IMG/VR virus record: IMGVR_UViG_3300009609_000001 | Location: 36,268 to 100,267 of that record | DNA from: a virus | DNA: 64,000 bases | Strand: one strand, 5' to 3' | Shown: positions 29,823-39,569 of the stretch, piece by piece | Numbering within the stretch: position 1 is the stretch's first letter | Layout: every line of letters begins with the position of its first letter | Program-made: the position numbers and the translations under genes | Notes under the pieces: model-generated | Told to the model about the DNA's origin: nothing | Seen by the model: only the letters and a program-made list of their open reading frames with translations | Databases searched by the model: none

Positions 29823-30665
29823 ATGGACGACCGCACTTTGCTGCTGTTCGTCGGGGATTACCGTTTAGAGCGGGACGTGAGCGACGGCACGATTGCCTAT
29901 ATCCGGGTGACCGTGCGGCGCTTCTCGGATTGGCTCAAGAAACCGGCGACTCTGGACGACCTGGAAGACGATCTGGTCAACCGCTGGCTGGCGTCGCTCT
30001 TGGACGATGGGCTAGCGCGGCCCAGCGTGAAGGGACATAGAGGCAACCTCTTGAGTCTCTGGCGGTGCGCATTCGAGCGCGAGCTTGTGAGGCTGCCGCC
30101 GCGCAGGGTGAGAAAAATCAAATGCCCGCGCACGCTCCCCGAGGCGTGGGAGATTCAGCAGCTTCAATCGCTGCTGACTGAGGCAGAGAAAATGCCTGGC
30201 TGCTTCCGCTATGTCCCGCTATCGTGGGCGGAATATCTGCGGGCGCTGATTCTGGTTGCTTGGGATTCCGGGCTTCGCCTGGGAGATTTGCTGACGCTCC
30301 GCTTCGATCAGGTTGGCACGGACGGCTCGCTGATCGTCCGCCAGAACAAGACGGGGGAGAGTATCCTGCGCAAGCTGCGGCCCGAGACGATGGCGGCCGT
30401 GCAAGCCACGGAACGGGCGCGGCGCGAATTGATCTTCGGCTTCGTCCACTCGCGGCAGGTGATGACCGTATTCAAGCGGCTGGTGAAACTTGCCGGGCTG
30501 CGCGGCGGCACGAGGAAAATCAGAAAGAGCGGCGCGTCGCACGTCCCCCGTGAAGAGGCTAAGGATTACCTGGGGCATCTGTCGGACCATTTGGCGCGCA
30601 GGCACTACATCGACCCGCGGCTAGGCGACCGGAAAGATCCGCCGCTTCCACCGAAGATCGCATAA
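29823..30665 (+). CDS. int: Tyrosine recombinase/integrase
   Basis: SGLRLGDL, NKTG, RKIR at the HxxR position, LGH, catalytic Y in RRHY; AGGAG RBS. Confidence 0.88.
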   Translation: MDDRTLLLFVGDYRLERDVSDGTIAYIRVTVRRFSDWLKKPATLDDLEDDLVNRWLASLLDDGLARPSVKGHRGNLLSLWRCAFERELVRLPPRRVRKIKCPRTLPEAWEIQQLQSLLTEAEKMPGCFRYVPLSWAEYLRALILVAWDSGLRLGDLLTLRFDQVGTDGSLIVRQNKTGESILRKLRPETMAAVQATERARRELIFGFVHSRQVMTVFKRLVKLAGLRGGTRKIRKSGASHVPREEAKDYLGHLSDHLARRHYIDPRLGDRKDPPLPPKIA

Positions 30666-30921
30666 TCGATTGGCGGCAGGTGCAAGCCCATCGCCAGCCC
30701 GTGCTCCTGCGCCAGCCCGGCGAACCCCGCGGCGACCGGGGAAGGATTGGTGAGCTTATCCCACTATCCACGCCACGGCGCGCCACACGGCCCGGCAGAC
30801 GACGACCGCGAGCCAGAGCGCCAGCGAGCCGAGAAGGGCACGGCGGTAGGACGGGTAGGGCATGGCTCACATGTTCACATACTTCTCGGCAGGATTGGAG
30901 GATTGGTGAGAATCCCCCAGA

Positions 30922-31254
30922 CTAGCCGGCCTCCAGGTCGATGAATCGCTCACGCCGAAACGGCACTTCCCGCTGATCCTCCATCAGCTCGCGGATGTGG
31001 CTAGCGGCAATGATGGCGTGGTCGCTCGCGTATCCGTCGGGGTTGATCTTGTCGGCTTCGATGCCGATGTTCTCCAGCAACGCTTGTGCGCGTGCCAGGA
31101 GTTTGACTTCAGCCGCCGTGAGCATGAGCCGCGCCGGCAACTTGCTAGGCGTAAAAATATCGCTCATGGATTGCGGCTTGTCAGGTCCGCGAAATGCGGG
31201 GTATGTATTCATCCGATTCGCCTTGGTGATTTTTGAAACAACGGTCAACGCCAC
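30922..31254 (-). CDS. Hypothetical protein
   Basis: ORF convergent on the integrase. Confidence 0.5.
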   Translation of the reverse strand: MALTVVSKITKANRMNTYPAFRGPDKPQSMSDIFTPSKLPARLMLTAAEVKLLARAQALLENIGIEADKINPDGYASDHAIIAASHIRELMEDQREVPFRRERFIDLEAG

Positions 31255-32110
31255 GATCCTGCCAAAGTGCAGGCTTCCGCCCTCTGCCCAGGGCGGTAGC
31301 GTGGACTCAGGAGGCTAGCTTTCGAGGATTCCCGTGTATTCGCCGGGGGCAGCGGCAAACACCGCGGGACCATGCGATTTTGTCAGGCGGACAGTCGTGC
31401 GAGGAGGGCTTTGTAACGCTGGCCCTCGCTGTAACGCAAAGGGTGCTGCCGGTCGCACCCTCCCAGGCGCGCCCGGCAGATAGGACGCACCGCGTCCGAC
31501 GCATCCCGTCGGGCGCGGTGTTTTTGTGCGCCGTCGGGTAGAATGGCGGGCATGGCAAACAATCAGGTTAAGCCGGGGCGGGGAGCGGTCTAGGCTGCAC
31601 AAAGCCATTCTGGTTAAAATAGCCGGGCCGGCACGCACAGGGTCATAAGTCCTGTACCGGCCCGGTAGAATGGTGGGCGCACTGCGCCAGCCGGCGATTA
31701 CGCGCCGGTCGCCGCGAACCTTACGGCCGCGGCCACCATCCCGCCCTTGCGGAGCCAGCCGCTACCAGAATAGCGGCTTTCTCCCGCGAGACGCGGGAGC
31801 CGGACGGCGCAAGGGCGTTTTTGTGGTGGATTGAAAAACCCGACCGCTGCGGTAACAGCGGCCGGGCCGTGAAGCGCGGCTATCCGACCTATTTACCCTC
31901 ATGACGGTACGGCCAATGGTGCCGCTAGTCGGGGTCACGCACTCCACTGTGTAGCCCTGTCCCCGCGTGGGGGCAGGGCAGCTTTTGTTGTCCCGAGATT
32001 CTTGGCCCAAAACAAGACGCGACTTTCCAGAAATAAAAACGGCCCGCGCAGACCGCTAGGACTGCCGGGCCGTTTGTGTTTCGGGATTGATTCGTCGATC
32101 CATCAGTTAC
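31255..32110. ncRNA. Candidate large structured non-coding RNA or structured DNA region
   Basis: About 850 nt without a convincing ORF and densely tiled by hairpins and multi-stem junctions. Confidence 0.5.
32037..32075. terminator. Probable bidirectional terminator
   Basis: AAACGGCCC...GGGCCGTTT with A-run before and T-rich run after. Confidence 0.65.
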
Positions 32111-32116
32111 CGCTTC

Positions 32117-32506
32117 CTATTTTGCGACGCTGTATTGGTGATTCTTCGCTGAGATTCTGACGGACGTTATCTTTCGCCTGCGCAGCAGACTGGATAGCGT
32201 GGCATAGACCACCTTTTTCGGATTCTCTGCCGACGTTTTAATCTGGTCGTGAAGGGCTTCAGCAATCGCCGCCGCGTTGCTTCCGGGTTTGGACTGCAAG
32301 TAGTCGATGACGATCTGCGTAATTGGCTGATTCTTCTTCCTGGGCTTCCTGGGCTTCTTGGCCACCGGCGCGCCGTTCGACTCTTTTGATCCGGCGAATT
32401 GGTTGAACAGATCCGGGTACTGCGTGAAAATGTCCCGTAATTGCCGGGCAGCTTTCGCGCGTTCCTCCGCGTCCCGAACCAATTTATCGATCCTGCTGCT
32501 TTCCAT
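32117..32506 (-). CDS. Putative winged-helix DNA-binding protein
   Basis: Coiled N-terminus, basic linker, IVIDYLQ...AAAIAEAL...VYATLSSL. Confidence 0.6.
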   Translation of the reverse strand: MESSRIDKLVRDAEERAKAARQLRDIFTQYPDLFNQFAGSKESNGAPVAKKPRKPRKKNQPITQIVIDYLQSKPGSNAAAIAEALHDQIKTSAENPKKVVYATLSSLLRRRKITSVRISAKNHQYSVAK

Positions 32507-32944
32507 TTTTGCGCTCGCTTCAAATTTGCCGGTTGACGAAAAATCACCGTTTCTATACCATTAAACGAAGAGCGGACGGGAACGCCTTTCGGCGAACGCG
32601 CCTACTCTATCGGTCGCCACCTCGCTAAGGTTGCGACCACTCTAGTGCCTTGACGTGAGAACCCAGGTTGATGTTGTGGTCGGCCTGGGTTTTCTCGTGC
32701 GCTCTCCGCACCACCCTGAAATCTATCGCGATGACAGCATCGTGACAATCTGACTTGCCTTGTGCAAGAGCAATGCACGCTGGGAATCGCGACGGAGTTC
32801 TGGCCCGAAGAGAAGCCCGCGCTGCCGGTTGAAATCCCGCTTGAGGCCAAGCCGTTTGACTTCGATTTCGCGGAACTGGAGTGGGTCGGCTAGCGGCGGC
32901 CGATGCGCCCCAGGAACGACTGGAGTTCCTGGGGCGTGTGCAGC

Positions 32945-33412
32945 CTACTGCTGACCATAATACAGAACATCCAATTGTGATGGCTCTGTATCTAGGGCGA
33001 AAGCCAGTTTTTCGATTGTGAAATCGGCCGGAGCATGCTGGCCCGACTCCAAGCGGCTGATGTGACTTTGTGGCAGCCCGGACTTTTCAGCCAGTTGTTC
33101 CTGTGTCATGCCGAGTTCTTTCCGCCGCCGGCGGATCATTTCCCCAACGTGGCGATGGTATGCTTCAACCTTGGCAATTGCGGTTGGAGGTACTCCCTCT
33201 TGTGGGTCCGCTGTTCCGTGGCGTTGGCGCAATTCGGGAGTACAAATCTCCTCGATGGCCCCCGCGATTTCCATTTGCTCGTCGCGGTCATCGGATTCCC
33301 GGAGAAGCTCCCACAGGCGATCAACGCGCTTTTTCTTTTTTGCCGAGAGCCTGAGATAGCATTGCACGAATTCCTGAACGGCTCCTCCATTGTTATCTGA
33401 TACAGTTTGCAT
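32945..33412 (-). CDS. XRE-family HTH regulator (HigA-like antitoxin or repressor)
   Basis: IRRRRKELGMTQEQLAEKSGLPQSHISRLESG. Confidence 0.9.
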   Translation of the reverse strand: MQTVSDNNGGAVQEFVQCYLRLSAKKKKRVDRLWELLRESDDRDEQMEIAGAIEEICTPELRQRHGTADPQEGVPPTAIAKVEAYHRHVGEMIRRRRKELGMTQEQLAEKSGLPQSHISRLESGQHAPADFTIEKLAFALDTEPSQLDVLYYGQQ

Positions 33413-33665
33413 AAAAATAATCCTCCCGGTTAGGCTGGTAGACTCCCGTTCCAAATTGGGTGATGTCCAGATCGGCAAGTGCGGGTCTGTCGCCGAAGTC
33501 CACCAACCGTTTGATGGTCTTTACGACGTGCCAATACTGAAAATCTGTAAGGAGCGCCCGTCCTTCGTCTTTTGCTTGCGACAACACAACCAGCGTAATT
33601 GGCTGGTTGCCTTCTACGTCATTTGCTTTGCTATCCCCGTCCCCCCGTCGTTCACCGTCTTCCAT
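33393..33665 (-). pseudogene. Possibly truncated RelE/HigB-like toxin
   Basis: Toxin position upstream of XRE gene; N-half RelE-like, expected C-terminal strands absent. Confidence 0.4.
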
Positions 33666-33732
33666 TGCTGCGTCCCTCGCATTTCTACCGAGTTCGAAAT
33701 ACTATTCGGTTCCATCGGCTTCCTTTCTCCAA

Positions 33733-33790
33733 CCAAATATACAACGATATGCAACACCAGACAAGTCGCCAAATATACAACGATATGCAA
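33733..33790. repeat. Two perfect 22-bp direct repeats (probable operators)
   Basis: ccaaatatacaacgatatgcaa at 33733-33754 and 33769-33790. Confidence 0.9.
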
Positions 33791-34335
33791 TCCTTGCAAG
33801 CGGTTTTTCCGCGAGAATCTGGCGGCAGTGCCAGCGAGCGGTGAGCCCCTTGTAACGAAACGAAATAGGCCGGTTTCAGGGGCTTACGTTACAAAGCCGT
33901 GCGAGGAGCGCAAATTCCCTGCGTCGTTTTCGGGGCGATCGTCGTGCGAATAAGATTGTCGCCAGCATCGTAAGCGTTGCATTCCCGCGAAAGCAGCACG
34001 GCCGGCATGCCACCGTCGTACTCGTACTCGCACTCGTGGACGTAAAAATAACCGTGGCCCTCTACTTCGGCGACCCCGGAAAAGCCGGCGACTGCGATCC
34101 AAGGCCGCGCTACTGCTCTGCGATTCCGCCACCGTCGTGCTGCTATTCGCGGCCGGCGTGTTCACGCTCAAGGATCTGGTATTCGAGGGCTGCGTCTGCT
34201 ACGCGCTGTCGGCGCTCAACTGCGCTGCGGGCCGGCTGCTGGTGCTGCTGCCGGGTGAGCCGTGGTGGCGGGATTGGCGTCGGGGGTAATGGTTGGTAGA
34301 ATAGGTTGAGTCACTTATATGTGGGTGCTTATATT

Positions 34336-34815
34336 ATGCGCAAACCGGCGCGCGAAAAGGACAGCGAAGCGGTGCGAGTCAAGATCGCCCAATGGTATCG
34401 ATCTGGGTGGACTCAAGCTCTTATGGCTAAAGAACTTGGGATGACTCAGCCAGCAGTTTCCCAGCATCTTGCGTCGATTCGCGCCGAGTGGAAACAGTCA
34501 CGACTGGAGGAGTTCGAGGCGGTAGCGGAAGTCGAGCTGGAAAAGCTCGACGCACGGGAGGCCGAGTTGATCGCTGCCTACGAGCGAACGCCGCTGGAAA
34601 ATCGCACCGTGGAGCTGGCGGCCAAGTTGTCGGATTCCGTGGTGAACATCGTAAAACGCCGTTGCGGCATCCGTGGCACGGACGCTCCGAAGAAACCTGA
34701 CGGCAGCCCAGTTGATGCCGATCCGATGGAGCCGCGTCAGGTGCTTCACGAGCGGCTGCGCACCAGGTTGAACGAGCTGATTAAGGCCGGGCTGGTGCGG
34801 CCGGGCAACAACTAA
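34336..34815 (+). CDS. Putative terminase small subunit (HTH)
   Basis: N-terminal HTH GWTQALMAKELGMTQPAVSQHL, helical core, first gene of the late arm. Confidence 0.7.
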   Translation: MRKPAREKDSEAVRVKIAQWYRSGWTQALMAKELGMTQPAVSQHLASIRAEWKQSRLEEFEAVAEVELEKLDAREAELIAAYERTPLENRTVELAAKLSDSVVNIVKRRCGIRGTDAPKKPDGSPVDADPMEPRQVLHERLRTRLNELIKAGLVRPGNN

Positions 34816-34854
34816 GGCATCATCAAACCGGAACCGTGGTTCCGGTTTCAAGTC

Positions 34855-34989
34855 TTGACGCTCTGGCTCATTCTTGCCAAAATGCCCACAGTTGCACGCT
34901 GGGCGCGAAAACTGCGCATACAGTCTCGGCGTGCAACCACCGAGCTTTTGAGAACCCCGGTCAGCACGCTGATCGGGGTTTTCTTTTTT
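34855..34989 (+). promoter_or_regulatory. Promoter, structured leader and intrinsic terminator
   Basis: TTGACG-N17-CAAAAT; 13-bp stem 34891-34937; terminator 34950-34989. Confidence 0.7.
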
Positions 34990-35004
34990 CTCAGGAGGTA
35001 AGTC

Positions 35005-35973
35005 ATGCTCGCGCGTACCGTGGAATTGCTGGATGCTGTTGATCGGGTGTTGCAAGCAGAGGAAGACTTCGAGGAGCCGGATCAAGGGTATTGGGACATC
35101 ATCGAGCACTGCCTGACCACATTCCGCGAAGGAGACCTTCCGGCGGCCTGTCGGCCAATCTCCGAGATTGTGGGCCGCATTGCCCCGGAACTGGATCGAG
35201 TTGACGCTGAGGGGATTCCGCTGGGACGGACGCGGTATTACGCGCTCCTCAAGCAGCTTGCGGCCGAGCGAAACAAGGCCGAGCCGCGGCAAAAGACCAT
35301 CGAACCGATCGAGATGTTGGTCGAGCAAGGGGTCAACCCCAAGCAAATATGCGCGATGTACGGGCTGGTCGATGCCTCGGGCCCGCGATTGGACTGGCTG
35401 CGACAAGAGCGCGAGAACCCCGGCACGGTGCTGGGCCCGGTCGTGCCGCATCCCGACGAAGCCAGCCGGCAGGAGGTCGAGGCGTTCCGCACAGCCCGCG
35501 AGGAGTTCCAGGGCAAGAATCCAGAGCGGCAGAAAGCCTCACGGGAACCGGAAGATCAGCCTTGCCACGAATCATGGGAGGAACTGTTCGCCCTGCGCCC
35601 CCCGGTCAGCATCCAGCAGCTTGCAGCCATGAAGTGCTGCACGCCGGCCGAAGTGGTGCGGATGGCGCGCAAGCTCAAGGCGGTCGAGCATTTGCCGATC
35701 GCCGAGCGAACGGCCGTCGAGCGAGCCGAGCGCGACAAGTCAGCCAAACCGGCCAAGAAAACAGCGAAAGCCGCCTCGCCGCCACCGGACGACCTTGAAG
35801 ACGACGATCCGGAAGATGGCTCAGGCACGGAAGGCGATGAGGTTCATGCGCGAATCGCGGAGTTGCACAAGGAAGGGACCGGCCCCAAAGAGATCGCGGA
35901 GTTACTCGGCGTTGATGGCCGGACCGTGGCGGCTGTGATTCGCAAGCTGGAAAAACAAGCCGTTGCGGTGTAA
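35005..35973 (+). CDS. Hypothetical protein with C-terminal HTH
   Basis: AGGAGG RBS; IAELHKEGTGPKEIAELLGV. Confidence 0.75.
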   Translation: MLARTVELLDAVDRVLQAEEDFEEPDQGYWDIIEHCLTTFREGDLPAACRPISEIVGRIAPELDRVDAEGIPLGRTRYYALLKQLAAERNKAEPRQKTIEPIEMLVEQGVNPKQICAMYGLVDASGPRLDWLRQERENPGTVLGPVVPHPDEASRQEVEAFRTAREEFQGKNPERQKASREPEDQPCHESWEELFALRPPVSIQQLAAMKCCTPAEVVRMARKLKAVEHLPIAERTAVERAERDKSAKPAKKTAKAASPPPDDLEDDDPEDGSGTEGDEVHARIAELHKEGTGPKEIAELLGVDGRTVAAVIRKLEKQAVAV

Positions 35974-37464
35974 GTGATGCTGCTCTCACCCGGACAGCTC
36001 GAAGACATTCTCGCGCTCAAGGACGATGAGCAGATCAAAGAGGATGTCAGAAAGGAGTTGACGTACCAATATTACAGCTTTCACCCTCGGGTTGATATTC
36101 CAGAGGATTTTGAGGAGCAGACGGCGTTTATTGAAGCGGACCCAAGCGTCGTCAAATTTGCCGTGGCGCTTGGTGGAACAGGATCCGGTAAGACAATTGC
36201 CGCCGCCGCCAAGACAGTCGATTTTCTGGCTTACAACAAGCCGCCCCGTCCGCGCTGCCCATTCTGGGTCATTGGAGAAACCTACGATCTAGCGTGTGGC
36301 GTATGCTGGAATGAAAAGCTCTTTAACATGATCCCGAAATCATGGGTGATTCATACTGCTTGGATTGACCGCGCTCGCAACTGGCCTGCGGCAGTTCTAC
36401 TCAAGGACGATCCGCTGTCAGCACACCCGGAGATCGGCTGGATTCTGGAATTCAAATCATACGCGCAGGGCCGTGAACGGATGCAGGCAGCGAGCATCGG
36501 GGGCTACTGGTTCAACGAAGAAGCCCCGTTCTCGATCATTGAGGAGGTTCAGGGTCGCTGCCGGGATTACGATTCCCCAGGTTGGGCCGACTTTACGCCG
36601 GTTGATATCCGCTCCCCCGAGTGGCAGGAAGCATACGAGAATCCGCCTGAAGGCTGGCAGTTCTTCCACCTGAACACGGAGCGCAACTCCTACATCAACC
36701 AGGAGTGGATACGTCGCTATCTGGCCAGGCTGCCGGAAGACGTGCGCGAGACGCGCCGCGTGGGCGCGTTCAGCAGTTTTCGCGGGCAGGTGTTCAAGGA
36801 GTGGAACAAGAAAATCCACGTCATCGAGCCGTTCGAGATTCCACACGATTGGCACCGGATACGCGGGTTGGATTTTGGCTTCAACAATCCATTCGTGTGT
36901 TTATGGTGCGCCAAGGACCACGACGGCCGCTATTACGTGTACGATGAGCACTATCAATCTGGCCAGCTCAACGCCTACCACGTCAAGAAAATCAAGGAAC
37001 GCGAGTGGAACGATAACAGCCCGTACTACGGACAGACCTACAGCGACCACGACGCCCAGGAGCGCGCGGAGCTGATGAACCTCGGGATCCACTGCACGCC
37101 GGCGCGCAAGAATGTTTTGCTTGGAATCGAACAGCTTCGATCTCTGTTGATGGTCCAGGCTGACGAACGGCCGATGCTGTACGTGTTCAAGCAGTGCGAA
37201 AACCTGATCCGCGAGTTCGGCAGCTACAAATGGCCGGAAGGGACAGACCGAAAGAATCCCAAGGAACTGCCTCTGCCGGTCAATGACCATTGTTTGGATG
37301 CGCTTCGCTACGTCACGCATTCCGACGCTATCCGCCTCTCCGGCCCGCCCACGGCCATGAAGCGAGTCTGGCAGCCCAAGGAAAGCCTGCGGTTCAAGCG
37401 GAGTGTGCGGGAGCGAGTCGCCTTCAACGGGAATGGAAAGAATGGAAACGGCCGAAAAGATTGA
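35974..37464 (+). CDS. terL: Terminase large subunit
   Basis: Walker A GGTGSGKT, WFNEE Walker B region, FTP coupling motif, nuclease GLDFG and NDHCLDALRY. Confidence 0.95.
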   Translation: MMLLSPGQLEDILALKDDEQIKEDVRKELTYQYYSFHPRVDIPEDFEEQTAFIEADPSVVKFAVALGGTGSGKTIAAAAKTVDFLAYNKPPRPRCPFWVIGETYDLACGVCWNEKLFNMIPKSWVIHTAWIDRARNWPAAVLLKDDPLSAHPEIGWILEFKSYAQGRERMQAASIGGYWFNEEAPFSIIEEVQGRCRDYDSPGWADFTPVDIRSPEWQEAYENPPEGWQFFHLNTERNSYINQEWIRRYLARLPEDVRETRRVGAFSSFRGQVFKEWNKKIHVIEPFEIPHDWHRIRGLDFGFNNPFVCLWCAKDHDGRYYVYDEHYQSGQLNAYHVKKIKEREWNDNSPYYGQTYSDHDAQERAELMNLGIHCTPARKNVLLGIEQLRSLLMVQADERPMLYVFKQCENLIREFGSYKWPEGTDRKNPKELPLPVNDHCLDALRYVTHSDAIRLSGPPTAMKRVWQPKESLRFKRSVRERVAFNGNGKNGNGRKD

Positions 37465-37925
37465 TGAATTGAGCGAGTTTCGCGACGCCATCCGTAGCGT
37501 TATCCGAGCCATTTGCATTAGCATCAAAGCAAATGAATGGCCGGAAACAAAGGAACACGATTGGCTCTTCGGTATATTCCTTGGCTTCGACATCGACGAT
37601 CAGTTTTTGCGCGAAGTAACAGAGAAGAACGGATGGAGCGAAGACGAGGTTGCTAGCCTGATGTGCTATCGGCGCGGAATACAGACACTCATGAAAAAGC
37701 AGTTGCCAGCATGATCGAGACTAAACCCTCCCGCGCCCAAGCGGATATCCGCGAGAAGGAAGCCCTGCTGGCGCGGCTGGAGCAACGCATCGCCGCTGGG
37801 GACCGCAACCCGCGGCTGGTGCTGATGGCCGAGAAGGTGCGGCAGGTTGTGCAACTGCTGCACGAGATGTGGTTGCTGAATCAGGAGGCGCGAAGGGGAT
37901 GAGTCGTAAAAGGTGAAACCGGCTT

Positions 37926-38264
37926 ATGCTTGACTGGATCGACAAATTGACGTGGTGGCAAATTCCACTTTTCGTGTTTGCAACCATAGTCCTATCCCGT
38001 GTGGCCATCGCGCCCTACTGGATGTACCAGAAGCATCAGCAACAGAGAAAAGCGCAGTTGTTTGAATCCGGTCCGACCACGACCCTGATCTGCAAGATCG
38101 AAGCAGCGCTCTCGGACTGGACTCCGGACGGCCGCGAGTGGGAGTTGATCAGGTATCTCCGCGGGACGGCTGACATGATCGAAGCTCGCGGCATGCGGAT
38201 ACAATGGCAAGATGAATTTAGAAGCAGCACCCCAAGGCAAAGCGCCCTTGGAAGCCCGGAGTAA
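37926..38264 (+). CDS. Hypothetical membrane-anchored protein
   Basis: Hydrophobic N-terminal segment. Confidence 0.5.
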   Translation: MLDWIDKLTWWQIPLFVFATIVLSRVAIAPYWMYQKHQQQRKAQLFESGPTTTLICKIEAALSDWTPDGREWELIRYLRGTADMIEARGMRIQWQDEFRSSTPRQSALGSPE

Positions 38265-38363
38265 ACCTGCTGGAAAGCAGTGGGATAGCCGGGCACTTTT
38301 GACATCGGAAACCGGAACAATTGTTCCGGTCAAAAGTTCTGTAACACGGCAATTATCGATAAA

Positions 38364-39569
38364 ATGGCCTACAAGAAATCCAAGCCCGACCAGAATCCAG
38401 CCGCGCGCATCAGCCAGGCTGCCGCCGCCGCGCGCAAGCTCTCCGGCCAGCGTCTGGAGCAAGTGCGCAAGCGGGTTGGCAATTATCTATCGAAGGGCTT
38501 GGACCGTGAGATTGCCCAGCGTTCCGTGCATCAGGGGACCTCGGAGTTAACCGGATCGCTCCGCCAGTATGCCAAGGGGGGCAAGCTCTCTGGGTCGCTA
38601 TTGAACAAGTTCGGCCCGCTGGGAAAGGCCATCGAATTCGTCCTGGGAGGTCCGAAGCGCCCCGGGGTGACAAACCAATCCGTCCAGGATGCGATTGACC
38701 TGCTCCGCCAAGTCGCGCCTGAGACGCTGGCCCCTGAGTATCGTTTGCCGCATCCGGCGCGTGGCCCACGGCCGATACCGGTTACTCCGGTTACGCCTCC
38801 TCCGGTCCAGCCGCAGCGCACACGCTCGCCGTCCGGAGTCCCCCTGCCGGAAGCCTCGCCGCAAGAGCCAGGCGGTCCGACAATTCTCCCAAAGCAGCTT
38901 CGCCAGCCGGATGAGCCTCCTCCGAGAATCCCGCAAGCGCAGCCTGTGCCGGCCGGTCAGGAAGAAGAGTTTGTCCCCGCCTCGCAAGTCTCCGGGATCC
39001 AGATGATTCCGGTGGACAACTCCAGCAACGTCTATTCCTTCGGGTACGATCCCCAAACGAAGGTCATGCGGGTTATTTATCTCGCCGCCTCGGTGCGTGG
39101 ATCGTCAGTCAGCGGAAACGTTGGCACGGCGCAAGGCAAGAGCCGCCGCCATCGACCACGCGGCGCGCTGGGGCGGACCGTGACGCAAGATCGCCGCGGC
39201 ATGGGGCCGGCTTACGATTACTACAACGTGCCGGCCAACATCTTCGAACGCTTCCAAGGGCAGGCCAGCAAGGGCAAGGCTGTGTGGGATTTACTGCGGG
39301 TTCGCGGTACAATCGAGGGCCACAGATACGAATATTCCTTGGTGGCAGCGGGTCAATCGAATATCCTGGGAGCGCAGGGACAGGTAACAGGCTCGCTGTT
39401 GTACGTGCCTCGGCGGGCTGTGCGCGGCGGTTTTGTAGGCCGAATTGGACCTCGCGGCGTGCCGGGGAGATTGAAGAGCCTGTTGCCGACCGCGATGCGA
39501 CCGGGGATGCCTCGACCTCGGCCGCCGGGACAGCCTAACGATGGGACAAGGGGGTTGTATCGATGGTAG
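38364..39569 (+). CDS. KTSC-domain protein with Pro-rich linker
   Basis: MIPVDNSSNVYSFGYDPQTKVMRV.Y...YDYYNVP..IF..F....SKGK. Confidence 0.75.
   Translation: MAYKKSKPDQNPAARISQAAAAARKLSGQRLEQVRKRVGNYLSKGLDREIAQRSVHQGTSELTGSLRQYAKGGKLSGSLLNKFGPLGKAIEFVLGGPKRPGVTNQSVQDAIDLLRQVAPETLAPEYRLPHPARGPRPIPVTPVTPPPVQPQRTRSPSGVPLPEASPQEPGGPTILPKQLRQPDEPPPRIPQAQPVPAGQEEEFVPASQVSGIQMIPVDNSSNVYSFGYDPQTKVMRVIYLAASVRGSSVSGNVGTAQGKSRRHRPRGALGRTVTQDRRGMGPAYDYYNVPANIFERFQGQASKGKAVWDLLRVRGTIEGHRYEYSLVAAGQSNILGAQGQVTGSLLYVPRRAVRGGFVGRIGPRGVPGRLKSLLPTAMRPGMPRPRPPGQPNDGTRGLYRW

Noticed and set aside
31630-31670. CACGCACAGGG resemblance to a c-di-GMP-I riboswitch
   Set aside because: The following GCAAACC/GNRA and second-stem consensus are absent
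33733-33790. 22-bp direct repeats as a CRISPR array
   Set aside because: Only two units with a 14-bp gap, in a promoter position
33960-34300. Hydrophobic + strand frame upstream of terS as a holin
   Set aside because: No in-frame ATG/GTG/TTG near its 5' end and no neighbouring endolysin
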